NCBI GenBank assembly: GCA_963744775.1
Contig: CAVUVG010000009.1
Coordinates: 612-64,611, forward strand
Direction: 5' to 3'
Source of the DNA: Bryobacterales bacterium
Lineage (GTDB): Bacteria > Acidobacteriota > Terriglobia > Bryobacterales > Bryobacteraceae
Length of the DNA stretch: 64,000 nucleotides
Shown here: positions 17,874 to 28,474 of the stretch, piece by piece
Layout: each line of letters starts with the position of its first letter
Numbering within the stretch: position 1 is the stretch's first letter
Made by a program: the position numbers and the translations under genes
The notes under the pieces: model-generated
Told to the model about the DNA's origin: nothing
What the model saw: only the letters and a program-made list of their open reading frames with translations
Databases searched by the model: none

Positions 17874-19451
17874 ATGGGAAGCCGAATTGAATTGGCCAGG
17901 CGGAGTCTTCTCTTCTTGTTGTGCCTCCCGGGCTTGTTCGCGTTGTCGCAGGCGGCGCCGGCACCGAAACCGCGGCTGATTATCCTCACGGACATCGGCG
18001 GCGATCCCGACGACGAGCAGTCGATGGTCCGACTGATGACCTGGTCGAACGCGTTCGACATCGAGGGTCTGATCGCCTCGGCGTCCGGTACACCCGGAGA
18101 GCTGAAGCGGTCAGTGGTTCGGCCCGATCTGATCCGGAATATCGTCAAGGCATACGGAAGAGTTCGGCCGAACCTGGTGATGCACGATCCGGGCTACCCG
18201 CCGGTGGAGCGACTGATGGGAGCCGTCAAGGCCGGGGACCCCGACCGGTCGATGCAAGCCATCGGGGCAGGACACGACACGGAGGGATCGCGCTGGATAG
18301 TCTCGGTTGTGGACAGGCCGGATCCCCGACCGGTAAATGTCGCCATCTGGGGCGGGGGGCACGATCTGGCGCAAGCGCTGTGGAGAGTTCGCCAGGACCG
18401 CTCCCCCGCGGGACTGGATCGTTTTGTGAGCAAGCTTCGCGTCCACTCCATCGAACACCAGGACGAGACGGGCCCTTGGGTGGTCAATAACTTCCCCAAG
18501 CTGTTCTTCATCCTAAGTAGCAGCAACCCGGGCAGAGTACTGGGCGGAGTTGTTCCCAGGGACAGGCGACTCTCGGTTTACCGGGGCATGTATCTCGGCG
18601 GCGATGAAGGACTAACGTCGCGCCAGTGGATTGAAGACAACGTCCGCAACAGTCACGGACCGCTCGGGGCGCTCTACCCGCCGAAGACCTCGACCGCGCC
18701 GAACCCGCATGGCGCGCTCAAAGAGGGCGACACGCCCTCCTGGTTCTATTTCCTGCTTACCGGATTGAACGACCCGGAGCGGCCCGAATGGGGAGGCTGG
18801 GGCGGGCGTTTCCAGCGGGTTCGAGACAACTACTTCAACGATGCCGAGGACCGGGCCGGTGAAATCAGAGAGGCTCGCGCGACGGTCTGGCGCTGGCGCG
18901 GGGCTTTCCAGAACGAATTCGCGGCACGCCTGGACTGGTGCGCGATGCCCGATCGCCGCCGGGCCAACCACAAGCCCGTTGCTGTCCTCAACGGGGATCG
19001 GACGCTTCGCATCATCCAGTTGGAAGCGCGCGCCGGCGACCGCCTCCTGCTGAGCGCCGCCGGCTCCTCGGACCCGGACCAGAACGATCTCACCTTCCAC
19101 TGGTTCCATTACCCGGAGCCGGGCAGCTCAGAACGGGCCATCGAGCTTGGGAGCTCTTCCAATTCCGAACTGGTGTTCACCGCGCCCGCCGCTGTGGCGC
19201 CCGCGGAGTTTCACATCGTCCTGGAAGTGAAGGATCGCGGCGCTCCGCCGCTGTCCGCCTTTCGCCGGGCTGTTGTGAGAATCGCTCCTTTATCGGGCGA
19301 TGTTCCCACGCGGGACGATGATCGTGAACGGCTCGGTATAATCGACGACCCTGTAGTCGGAGGGGATCATGAACAGCGCCGGGTCAGGTTCACTCGCGCT
19401 GAAATCCTCCCAGGTCAATGTGGATTCCCCGTTCGGGTCCGTGCTCTTTGA
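17874..19451 (+). CDS. DUF1593-type (nucleoside-hydrolase-like) secreted protein; 3' end possibly over-extended
   Basis: Signal-like MGSRIELARRSLLFLLCLPGLFALSQA. PRLIILTDIGGDPDDEQSMVRLMTWSNAFDIEGLIASAS matches the DUF1593 N-terminal signature. The last ~160 nt overlap the convergent gene. Confidence 0.65.
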   Translation: MGSRIELARRSLLFLLCLPGLFALSQAAPAPKPRLIILTDIGGDPDDEQSMVRLMTWSNAFDIEGLIASASGTPGELKRSVVRPDLIRNIVKAYGRVRPNLVMHDPGYPPVERLMGAVKAGDPDRSMQAIGAGHDTEGSRWIVSVVDRPDPRPVNVAIWGGGHDLAQALWRVRQDRSPAGLDRFVSKLRVHSIEHQDETGPWVVNNFPKLFFILSSSNPGRVLGGVVPRDRRLSVYRGMYLGGDEGLTSRQWIEDNVRNSHGPLGALYPPKTSTAPNPHGALKEGDTPSWFYFLLTGLNDPERPEWGGWGGRFQRVRDNYFNDAEDRAGEIREARATVWRWRGAFQNEFAARLDWCAMPDRRRANHKPVAVLNGDRTLRIIQLEARAGDRLLLSAAGSSDPDQNDLTFHWFHYPEPGSSERAIELGSSSNSELVFTAPAAVAPAEFHIVLEVKDRGAPPLSAFRRAVVRIAPLSGDVPTRDDDRERLGIIDDPVVGGDHEQRRVRFTRAEILPGQCGFPVRVRAL

Positions 19452-20150
19452 AAGCAGCGTGATCCCCAACTGGGGAGAACTCCAGCTCTCTCTCACGGTC
19501 GTCACCGGCCGGTCGTTCCCCATTAGCGAACCTGCCGGATGGGTGGTTGTAGACCGGGTGCCCTCGACTACAACTCCGGAAATCACCTGCGAGCCGAGAG
19601 ACTCGGATTTAAAGACTGTTCCATCGGACCGTGTGAGCTTAGGTGAAGCCGTTGTGGCCCTCTTGGCTGCCGGAGGCGGCGGGGTAGTCACTCGGGACTG
19701 AAGCAGCATCCGATAGGACACGTGGTTCACGGAATCGAGAAAGTAGCGGAAGCCGGTCACCGGATCCTGAATCTCCACAGTCGTGTAGGAAGGTAGCGGC
19801 GGAGTGCCGCTCCTGGCCGGGAACGCCGGCCGCTCCGTCCGGATCCGCCCCATCGAGTCGCGGTACGTCGTCGTCGACATCAGCGACCCAATTGTGAGCT
19901 GGGTCCCGTCGGACAGCGTCCGAACGGTTTTCGAAACCGCCCGGCCTGAGTACGGAGCGCCGTAGCGTGTCGGAAGGGTATTGCCGGCGCCCATGTTCAT
20001 TGTGATCGTGGCGGATGTCTCATCCACACGGGCGGACATGTAAGAACCCGCGGCGGAGGTTATGGCCGAGGACGCCGCGGATTGCGAAAACGCGGATGCG
20101 GCGGCAAGGAGCCATGCCGTGGCGGTGAGCGGGACGAGCCAGGGGCGCAT
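19290..20150 (-). CDS. Secreted hypothetical protein
   Basis: Internal start MRPWLVPLTATAWLLAAASAFSQ (signal-like). Ser/Thr-rich, with no motif I recognise. Confidence 0.45.
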   Translation of the reverse strand: MRPWLVPLTATAWLLAAASAFSQSAASSAITSAAGSYMSARVDETSATITMNMGAGNTLPTRYGAPYSGRAVSKTVRTLSDGTQLTIGSLMSTTTYRDSMGRIRTERPAFPARSGTPPLPSYTTVEIQDPVTGFRYFLDSVNHVSYRMLLQSRVTTPPPPAAKRATTASPKLTRSDGTVFKSESLGSQVISGVVVEGTRSTTTHPAGSLMGNDRPVTTVRESWSSPQLGITLLSKSTDPNGESTLTWEDFSASEPDPALFMIPSDYRVVDYTEPFTIIVPRGNIAR

Positions 20151-20295
20151 GTCACTCTCTCCTTGGCCCCGATTATAAACCGGATTCGGGCCTTGATTTG
20201 GGGCAGGCAGGCGGCGGCGCACCACTGGCACTCATTCCAGACGATGTGATAGGCTTTGATATCGCACGGTATTGTGCGGATTTCACGGTTACAGG

Positions 20296-21321
20296 ATGAA
20301 CTTTCGCTCTCTTTTCAGCCTATTTTCGTCCGACTTGGCGATCGATTTGGGGACCGCCAATACGCTGGTCTATGCCAAGGGCAAGGGCATCGTTGTCAAC
20401 GAGCCTTCCATCGTCGCCATCAACAAAAACACAGGCGAAGTCGAGGCGGTAGGCCGCGAGGCCAAGGACATGGTGGGCCGCACGCCGAGCAACATCGTGG
20501 CGATCCGCCCGATGAAGGACGGCGTCATCGCCGACTTCAAGATCACCGAGCGGATGCTCACCTACTTCATCCAGCAGGCGCATGGGCGCAGGATGCTGGT
20601 TCACCCGCGCATCGTCATTGGGGTTCCGAGCGAGATCACGCAGGTGGAGAAGCGCGCGGTGGTCGACTCCGCCTACCGGGCCAAAGCCAGCGAAGTACAC
20701 CTGGTGGAGCAGGCCATGGTGGCGGCCATCGGCGCGGGCCTTCCGATAACCGAACCTTGCGGCAACATGATTGTCGATATCGGAGGCGGCACTACGGATG
20801 TGGCCGTCATCTCCTTGTCGGGCATTGTGTACGCGCGATCGGTTCGCATTGCGGGCAACGAGATGGACGAAGCCATCGTCCAGTACTTGAAGCGGAAGTA
20901 CAACCTGCTGATCGGCGAGCGCACGGCCGAGCAGATCAAGATGCAGGTCGGGTCGGCATACCCGCTGGACGAGCCCATTACGATGGAGATCAAGGGACGC
21001 AACCTGATCCAGGGCGTGCCGAAATCAATCACGGTGGATGACAGCGAGATCCGTGAGTCGCTGTCGGAATGCGTGGCCACGATCCTGAACGCGATTCGCG
21101 TGGCTTTGGAACGCACGCCGCCGGAATTGAGCGCCGATATCAGCGACCGGGGCATCGTATTGACCGGTGGCGGGGCTTTGTTGAAGAACCTCGACAAGCG
21201 CATCCGGGAAGAAACCGGCTTGCCGGTTTCGATTGCCGAGGATCCGTTGGCCTCCGTCGTGCTCGGAACCAGCAAAATGCTGACGGACTTCCGGCTGCTC
21301 CGCAAGATTTCCATCGAATAG
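20296..21321 (+). CDS. mreB: Rod shape-determining protein MreB
   Basis: MNFRSLFSLFSSDLAIDLGTANTLVY..., DIGGGTTDVAVISL, and an actin-fold sequence throughout. Intact. Confidence 0.95.
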   Translation: MNFRSLFSLFSSDLAIDLGTANTLVYAKGKGIVVNEPSIVAINKNTGEVEAVGREAKDMVGRTPSNIVAIRPMKDGVIADFKITERMLTYFIQQAHGRRMLVHPRIVIGVPSEITQVEKRAVVDSAYRAKASEVHLVEQAMVAAIGAGLPITEPCGNMIVDIGGGTTDVAVISLSGIVYARSVRIAGNEMDEAIVQYLKRKYNLLIGERTAEQIKMQVGSAYPLDEPITMEIKGRNLIQGVPKSITVDDSEIRESLSECVATILNAIRVALERTPPELSADISDRGIVLTGGGALLKNLDKRIREETGLPVSIAEDPLASVVLGTSKMLTDFRLLRKISIE

Positions 21322-21340
21322 TTCGTTTGACGGGCCGGCC

Positions 21341-22375
21341 ATGGCATCGTTGCTCATCCGTTACCGCAACCTCAGCTTCTTGCTGCTGGTGCTGTTCGCC
21401 CAACTGATCCTGGTCGCCTACCAGGTCAAGACCGGGCAGGACGTGCGCCTGATTCGAGTCTGGGCGGTGAGCGCGGTGACACCGCTCGCTCGGGTCCTGG
21501 AGTCCATGAGCGCAGAGCGTCTCTTATCTGCTTGAAAACTACTTCGTGCTCACCGGCGCCCGGCAGGAGAACCGCCGGCTGGTGACAGAACTCGACAAGC
21601 TCAAGCTGGAGAACCGGTCGCTGCGGTCCGAGCTTGCGAACCGCCGAGCGTGCTCAGGCGCTGAGCCAGTTTCGGGCTCGCATCCCTTCAAAGACGCTGG
21701 CCGCCCGAGTGATCGGGACCGGGACCGGCGTGAATTCACGGTCCGTGTTTGTGGATCGCGGCTCCCTGTCCGGCGTAAAGGCCGGCATGGCGGTCATCAC
21801 TGCCGATGGGCTTGTCGGCAAAGTGACAGCGGCCTACCCGGCCTCGGCGCAGGTGCTGCTGGTCACGGATCCCAATTTCGCCGCCGGCGTTCTCAACGCG
21901 CAGAGCCAGGCTGAGGGAACGCTGAAAGGTCTTAGCCGCACCACATGCCGTGTGGACTACCTTCAGAATGAGGTGAAGGTCGAGGTGGGCGAGTGGTTCT
22001 ACACTTCCGGTGAAGACCGCATTTTTCCAAGGGGTTTGCCGGTTGGACAGGTGCAGGCGGTGGCCGTGGGCCAGCCATTCAAGGAGGTCGTTCTGAAGCC
22101 CAGCGGGCTGGCGCGCGGTTTGGAGGAGGTGCTGATCGTTTTGGCCGGTGTCCACGAGCAGATTCCAGGAGATCGCAGCCGCTGGCGAGATGGCCCCGTT
22201 GCTCCCGCCGCCGCTGGCAGCGGAGCAACCAACTGGAGCGCAGGAACCGGGCGGCCGCGTTACCGTTCCCGGCACGGATGCCGACCGGCTGGTGGAGCGG
22301 TATAGGAAAGCCGCGGAGGCCGAGGGGCGCACCTATGGTGATCGTCCTCCGATCCCGGCTCCGGTCAAGCCATGA
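21341..22375 (+). pseudogene. mreC: Rod shape-determining protein MreC, at least 3 frame changes
   Basis: Pieces lie in ORFs 21341..21535, 21546..21914, 21634..22305 and 22148..22375. They include the TM start, coiled coil ENRRLVTELDKLKLENRSLRSELA, and GMAVITADGLVGKVT...LLVTDPNFA. Frame changes near 21510, 21632 and 22170. Confidence 0.85.
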
Positions 22376-22906
22376 ACGACTTCGATGGGGCCCTGGCCGG
22401 AATCAGGCGGGGCGACAGGAAGAGATCGCGGTTTCGTCCCTGGGTGATGCTGGCTGTCCCGCTGGGCGCAATCCTGTTTCAGGTTTACGTGCCTCTGTAT
22501 TTCTCTCTGCTCCAGCATCTGGAACTTCCACTTCTGGTGGCCGTGTATCTCGGGGTTGCGCGGAGAAACGTGATCGAAGGCGCCCTCATCGGCGCCGGCA
22601 TCGGCCTGGTTCAGGACTCCCTTTCCTTCCAGCCCATCGGCATCTTCGGCATGATCAAGACGCTGTTGGGCTATGCCGTCGGCCTCGCTGGGCATCCGGC
22701 TGGACACCGGGCATCCGGCGATCCGGTTCGGCCTGGGCACGCTGGCTTTTCTCTGCCACCAGTCGCTCTACTGGCTGGTGCGGCACGTGCTGCTGGGCGC
22801 GCCCTCGGGGCTGGATCTTCTCCAGACAGTTCTGGCCGCTTTGTTCAACGGCGCGCTGGCCGTGCCGCTGTTCTACCTATTGGATAAACTGAGGAAGGAA
22901 GGCTAG
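22372..22906 (+). pseudogene. mreD: Rod shape-determining protein MreD, at least 1 frame change near 22690
   Basis: ATGA overlap with the mreC stop. Polytopic hydrophobic sequence is split between ORFs 22372..22887 and 22673..22906. Assigned from position between mreC and mrdA. Confidence 0.7.
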
Positions 22907-22919
22907 CCAGCCGGCCGTT

Positions 22920-24811
22920 GTGAAGTCCGCCATTCCACGACCGCGAGACGGAAGACGCCTCCTACGGAGCCGCTGCGGCGCGATGGCACGAAGTTCGCCA
23001 TCAAGCGAATCGCCGTGTTTCAGTACGTCGTGGTGGCCGTGTTCCTTTACCTGGTCGCGGGATTCTGGGAACTGCAGGTCCGTAACCCCGAGTTTCTATA
23101 GTGAGCAGGCGGACCGCAACCGCATCAAGGCGTTGCCGATTCCCGCGCCGCGCGGCAAGATCCTGGATCGCGACGGGCGCGTCATCGTCGACAACCACTC
23201 CTCCTTCAGCCTCATCCTCTCCCGCGAGAATCTCAAGCAGGGGCACATCGGGCAAGTCGCCGAGGGGCTGCGCATCGACTACGGAGGAGCTGACGGCCCG
23301 CCTGAAGCGTTTCGCGTCGCGGCCTCGCTACCAGCCCATCACCATCAAAGAAGAGTTGACGGGGGGCGAGCTGGCCTTTGTCGAGGCTCACCGTGGCGTA
23401 GAGGGCTTTCCGGAGATGGAGTTGATCCACGCCCAGCGCCGGCTGTATCCGCGCAACGGCGTGGCGGCCCACGTGATCGGCTACATCGGCGAGGTGAGCG
23501 AGGCCGAACTGAACACGGCGGATTTCGCCAGGTACAACCAGGGCGACGTCATCGGCAAGGCCGGCATCGAACGGCAGTACAACGAGATTCTGACCGGGGT
23601 CGACGGGCAGCGCCAGGTGCTGGTGGACAGCCGCGGCAGTGAGCGGCACGTGATCGGCATGAAGGAGGCCGTTCCGGGCAAGCCTCTGCGGCTGACCATC
23701 GACCTGGACCTGCAGACCGTGGCGGAACTGGCCATGGAAGGCCGCAGGGGCGCGGTGGTGGCACTGGACCCGCGCAACGGCGAAGTGCTCGCCATGGTCA
23801 GCCAGCCGGCGTTCGATCCCAGCAAGTTCGCCGGCCGGATCAGCGCCAGCAACTGGCAGGAACTGACCGACAACCCGGACAATCCGATGCTGAACCGGGC
23901 GATCCAGGCCCAACTGGCTCCCGGCTCCACCTTCAAACCCATCGATGGCTTTGGCGGGGCTGGAGACCGGCGTGGTCGACGAGCTGCACGACGTGCACTG
24001 TGCAGGCGGTGCAAGCTTTTACGGGCGCTATTTCAGGTGTCACCTGAAGGGCGGACACGGCAGCGTCGATCTTCACCGGGGGATCGTGCAGTCCTGCGAC
24101 GTTTACTTTTACAACCTCGGCAACCGCCTCGGGATCGACAAGATCGCGGAGTATGCTGAGACTCGTGCGGGCTGGGCAAGAGGACCGGCATCGACCTGCC
24201 GCACGAAGCCGAGGGCCTGGTTCCCTCTTCACGGTGGAAGATCCGCAGCACGCGCCAGAAATGGTACGCGGGCGAAACAATCTCGGTCGCGATCGGCCAG
24301 GGCGCGCTCACGGTCACGCCGCTGCAATTGGCCTACGCCATCGGCGGCATCGCCATGGGCGGCGTCTGGTACACGCCGCACGTGGTGGCGGAGCCTCGCC
24401 GCCAGGAGACCCCGCGCCGCGCCGACTTCAACCCGGAGAACGTGGCCAAGGTGGTCTACGGCATGTACGGCGTGGTCAACGAGGGCGGGACCGGCGGGCG
24501 CGCCCGGGTTCCGGGGATCGAGATGTGCGGCAAGACCGGCACCGCGCAGCTCGCGTCCAACGAGGTTTTGAAGACGCTAAGGGCGAGGCTAGCCTGAAGG
24601 ACAACGCCTGGTTTGTGGGCTTCGCCCCGCGCGAGTTTCCGGAAATCGTGGTGGTCGCCCTGGTCGAGGGCGGGCTGCACGGCGCTACGGCTCGGCGCCC
24701 ATCGCCAGGGACATCGTCAAGACCTATTTCGACAAGAAGAGCCAGCTGCCAGCCGCAGCTGATGGCTGCGCCAGCAGGCGCTCCGCCGTCCGGCAGGGGG
24801 GAGGCCCCTAG
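22920..24811 (+). pseudogene. mrdA: Penicillin-binding protein 2 (elongasome transpeptidase), at least 7 frame changes
   Basis: Segments include FAIKRIAVFQYVVVAVFLYLVAGFWELQVRNPEF, EQADRNRIKALPIPAPRGKILDRDG, the LAPGSTFKP active-site SxxK, DKIAEYAE, ISVAIGQG, the CGKTGTAQ (KTG) motif, and DNAWFVGFAP. They are scattered over three frames. One resolved site is gagTTTc, with an extra T. Confidence 0.85.
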
Positions 24812-25916
24812 TGCGGCGTATGACCGAATACCGGTCATCCCGCGATCTCGATTGGCCCCTGCTGCTGCTGGCGCTGGCCATTTGCGCGCTCGGCGTCCTG
24901 CAGATCTACAGCGCCACCATCGGGCACGGTGTGGCGCACGGCCTGGTGGAAGCAGGCGCTGTTCCTGGTTTGGGGCTTCGTGCTCATGTACGTCATGTCC
25001 AGGGTCGACTATCACCGGCTGCTGGAGCATGTGCCCCTCTTCTACGTGGTCTCCCTGGTCACGCTCGCGGCGGTTCTGCTGCTGGGCCGCCAGGTGTTCG
25101 GTTCCCGGCGCTGGATTCCACTGCCGGGCGGCTTTACCTTCCAGGTCTCGGAATTCGTTAAACTGGTGATAGTATTGCTGGTGGCGCGGTATTTGAGCGA
25201 GATGAAGGGCGATCGTCCCGGACGTGCGGGACTTGTTGAAGCTGGGCGCGCTGGTGGCGCTCCCCATGGCTCTGGTAATGAAGCAGCCCGACTTGGGCAC
25301 GTCCCTGACTTACGCGGCCATTGTGGGGGCGGGCATTTTTTTCGCCGGTCTGCGATGGCAGCATGCGCTGGCGTCGGGTCTGGTGATCCTGCTGGTGCTG
25401 CCCGTTGGGTTGGACATTGCTGAAGGATTATCAGAAGGCCCGGCTGATGTGCTTTCTGGACCCGGACAGCGATCCGCTGGGGTCCGGCTACCAGGTCATC
25501 CAGTCGAAGATTGCGGTGGGCATCCGGCGGCATGTGGGGAAAGGGCGTCACGCGCGGGCTCGCAGACCCAGTTGCGGTTTTTGCCGGTGGCCCACACGGA
25601 TTTCATTCTCTCGGCGTTTGCCGAAGAGCATGGTTTTGTAGGGGTTGTGGTGGTGTTGGGTTTGTATTTTCTGATGTTGATGCAGATTGTCCAGAATGCG
25701 CAGGCCGCGCCAGATCGGGCCGGCATGTACATTTGCATGGGGATCTGCGCGCTGTTGCTGTTTCATGTGCTGGTGAATGTGGGGATGCTGGTGGGACGGA
25801 TGCCCGTAACCGGCGTCCCTTTGCCGCTGATGAGTTACGGCGGTTCCAGCGTCCTTACGGTTTTCATGATGCTGGGGCTGGTGAACAATGTCCGGCTCCA
25901 GCGGTTTGTGAATTGA
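24811..25916 (+). pseudogene. rodA: SEDS-family peptidoglycan polymerase RodA, at least 4 frame changes
   Basis: [88 protein letters not shown] and PLPLMSYGGSS are spread over ORFs 24811.., 24929.., 25224.. and 25405... Confidence 0.85.
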
Positions 25917-26210
25917 GCGCGAGACGCGGTCTCGCCAGAAGATCGAGGCTGGAAAGGTTTTCGAGTGGATGCACGGCATGGAGATTGGACGCAGGCGTAT
26001 TGAGAGCTAGAGGTTGACGCTGCTCCGCCGGTAACCTGTTTCCATCGCGCGGGTGATGCCCAACAAGGCGGCGCCCCGTGGGCGTCGTGCCAGATTCACT
26101 GCCTTGCGAAGTTTGGCTTGGCCCCGCGGCCGGATGTCCGGCCGGGGTTCAGGCTACGCCTTCGTCCTGCGCGCTCGCCGCGCTCCTCGCGTAGATAAGC
26201 TGAGGAGCCC

Positions 26211-28474
26211 ATGGGAAAAGAGTTAGTGATCTCCTCCAACCGCCACGAGACCAAAGTGGCGGTGCTGGAGGACGATCAACTTGTCGAGGTCTATCTTTCA
26301 ACGATCCAATGAATATTCGCTGGCCGGGCAGCATCCACAAGGGTCGTGTGACCCGTGTGCTGCCCGGAATGCAGTCGGCTTTCGTGGACATCGGGCTTGG
26401 ATACGGGACGCGTTCCTGTACGTCTCCGACTTCTTCGAGGAACACGAGGAGTACGACCAGATCGCCGTGCCGGCCGAGGATCGCGGGCGCGGCGTCGAAG
26501 AGGCAACGGCGCCCCCTGCCTGCCGCGGCCGCAGCCGCCGCACGGCGCCGGGCGCCGGAACGGCCTCCGGAGCGGAAGCCGGGACCGCCGAGCCGGCGCT
26601 CCCGCCGCCGGCGCAACCGGGAACGGGCTTCCCCGAGTCCAAGTACGTCGTCCGCCGCGCCTTCCCACCGAGCCTGCCCCCACACCGATGCCCGAGCCCA
26701 CGGCCGAGCCTGCGCCGGAGACAGAAGCGGATTTCCCGATGCTGCCGGGCGAATCACTGGCGAAGTACAGGCCGAAGCCGGCGGTGGACGAGCCGGGAAC
26801 GATTGAGGCCGCCCCCGCGGACTCCTGAGCTGCTGCCGGAGCCGTCCCGGAAGCTCGAGGAACAGCCCGTGGCCGTGGACCGGAGCGTTCCCGAGCCCGA
26901 AGCGCCGAGGCCGAATGGGAGCCCGCCGTCGGAGGCGAGGATCACCGGAACCGAACTCGAGGAGATCGCGATCGCCGAAGCGAACCTGGAAGCCTTGGAA
27001 GCCGGAGATCGGTCTGCCGAGGTCGAGGAGACCGCCGGAAAGCCTCCGAACGCGGCTGCATCGAGGACGCCAGAGCCGCCCGCGGGGCTGACGGCCGAGG
27101 TGCGGGAACCTGCACAGCGCGCTACCCTCACCGCGTCTCCCGCAGACTGCGCCGCAAGGTGCGCGGCGCCGCGGCCGGCGCGAAACCCGGGAGCAGCACC
27201 GAAGCGCGCCGTCACGGCGCGCAACCGGAGACCGTACGAAGCGCCCGGCGCCACCGCCGAGAAGCCCGCTCCTTCCATCTCCGACCTGCTGAAGGAGGGG
27301 CAGGAAATGCTGGTGCAGATCGCCAAGGAGCCGCTGGGCCAGAAGGGCGCCCGCATCACTTCCCACATCGCCCTGCCGGGAAGGTACGTCGTCTACATGC
27401 CGACCGTGGATCACATGGGCGTCTCCGCAAGGTCGCCTCCGACGAAGAGCGCCTGCGGTTGAGGCGCATCCTGCAGGCCCACGGATCGGGCATGCCCGGC
27501 GGCTTCATCGTGCGCACCGCCGGGGAAGGGAAGTCCGAGCGCGACATCGCCGCCGACATGATGTTCCTCTATAACCTCTGGCTCGACATCCGCCAGAAGG
27601 CCGAGAAGAGGCCCGCGCCCGCGCATCGTGCACCACGATCTGGACATCGTGCAGCGGCTGCTCCGCGACCAACTCGCCGATGACTTCAAGGCGATCTGGG
27701 TGGACAACGAAGAAATCTACGAGAGCATGCTGCGTTTCGTGGAACGCCTTCAGCCGGCGCATGGTTCCGCGGGTGAAGATGTACACTCGCGCAGGCGCCG
27801 ATCTTCGACGCCTTCAACATCACCGCCGAACTCGAGAAGGCGCTGCGGCCCAAGGTCTGGCTCAAGTCCGGAGGCTACATCGTCGTCAACCAGACCGAGG
27901 CGCTGGTGGCCATCGACGTCAACACCGGCAAGTTCGTCGGGCAAGTCAAACCGCCTGGAAGACACCATCGTCAAGACCAACACGGAGGCGATCAAGGAAA
28001 TCGTCCGGCAGATCCGGTTGCGCGACCTGGGCGGCATCATCGTGGTCGATTTCATCGACATGGACGAGCGCAAGAATCGCCAGAAGGTGATGCAGGTGCT
28101 CGAAGAGGAGATGCGCCGCGACCGCGCTCCCAACAAGATTCTCCAGTTCAACGACTTCGGGCTGGTGGCCATCACGCGCAAGCGCGTCAAGCAGAGCCTG
28201 GAACGGACGCTGTGCGCGCCCTGTCCTTACTGCGAGGGAGCGGGCTACGTCAAGAGCGTGCAGACGGTGATCAGCGAGATTCTGCAGGAGGCCGCACAAG
28301 ATTGCCAAGGCCGTGGAGGGTCCCAACGTGGTGCTGCGCGTCCACTCCGAGGTCGCCAAGGTGTTGAAGTCCACCGACAACGACTACCTGGAGGAACTGG
28401 AGGGGATCCTTCGCCGTCCGGTGCTGGTCTCCGGCGACCCGCAACTGCACCCGGAGAAGTGGGATCTGGCATGA
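26211..28474 (+). pseudogene. rng: RNase E/G-family ribonuclease with a long low-complexity insertion, at least 9 frame changes
   Basis: S1 region IHKGRVTRVLPGMQSAFVDIG. Catalytic region LVQIAKEPLGQKGARITSHIALPGRYVVYMP, FIVRTAGEG, EALVAIDVNTGKFVG, DLGGIIVVDFIDM, and the zinc-link-like CPYCEGAGY. The stop overlaps the next ATG. Confidence 0.85.

Noticed and set aside
25917-26210. Structured 5' UTR (rne-like autoregulatory leader) or ncRNA in the 294-bp gap before the RNase E/G gene
   Set aside because: Only short imperfect GC hairpins are visible (GCGAGAC-GCG-GTCTCGC right after rodA, and CCGGCCGG-containing stems near 26120). That is not enough evidence by eye to call a feature.
26149-27414. 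421-aa minus-strand ORF
   Set aside because: It is antisense to the RNase E/G gene and its low-complexity insertion. The composition is Arg/Gly/Pro-biased, with no motifs and no plausible start context.
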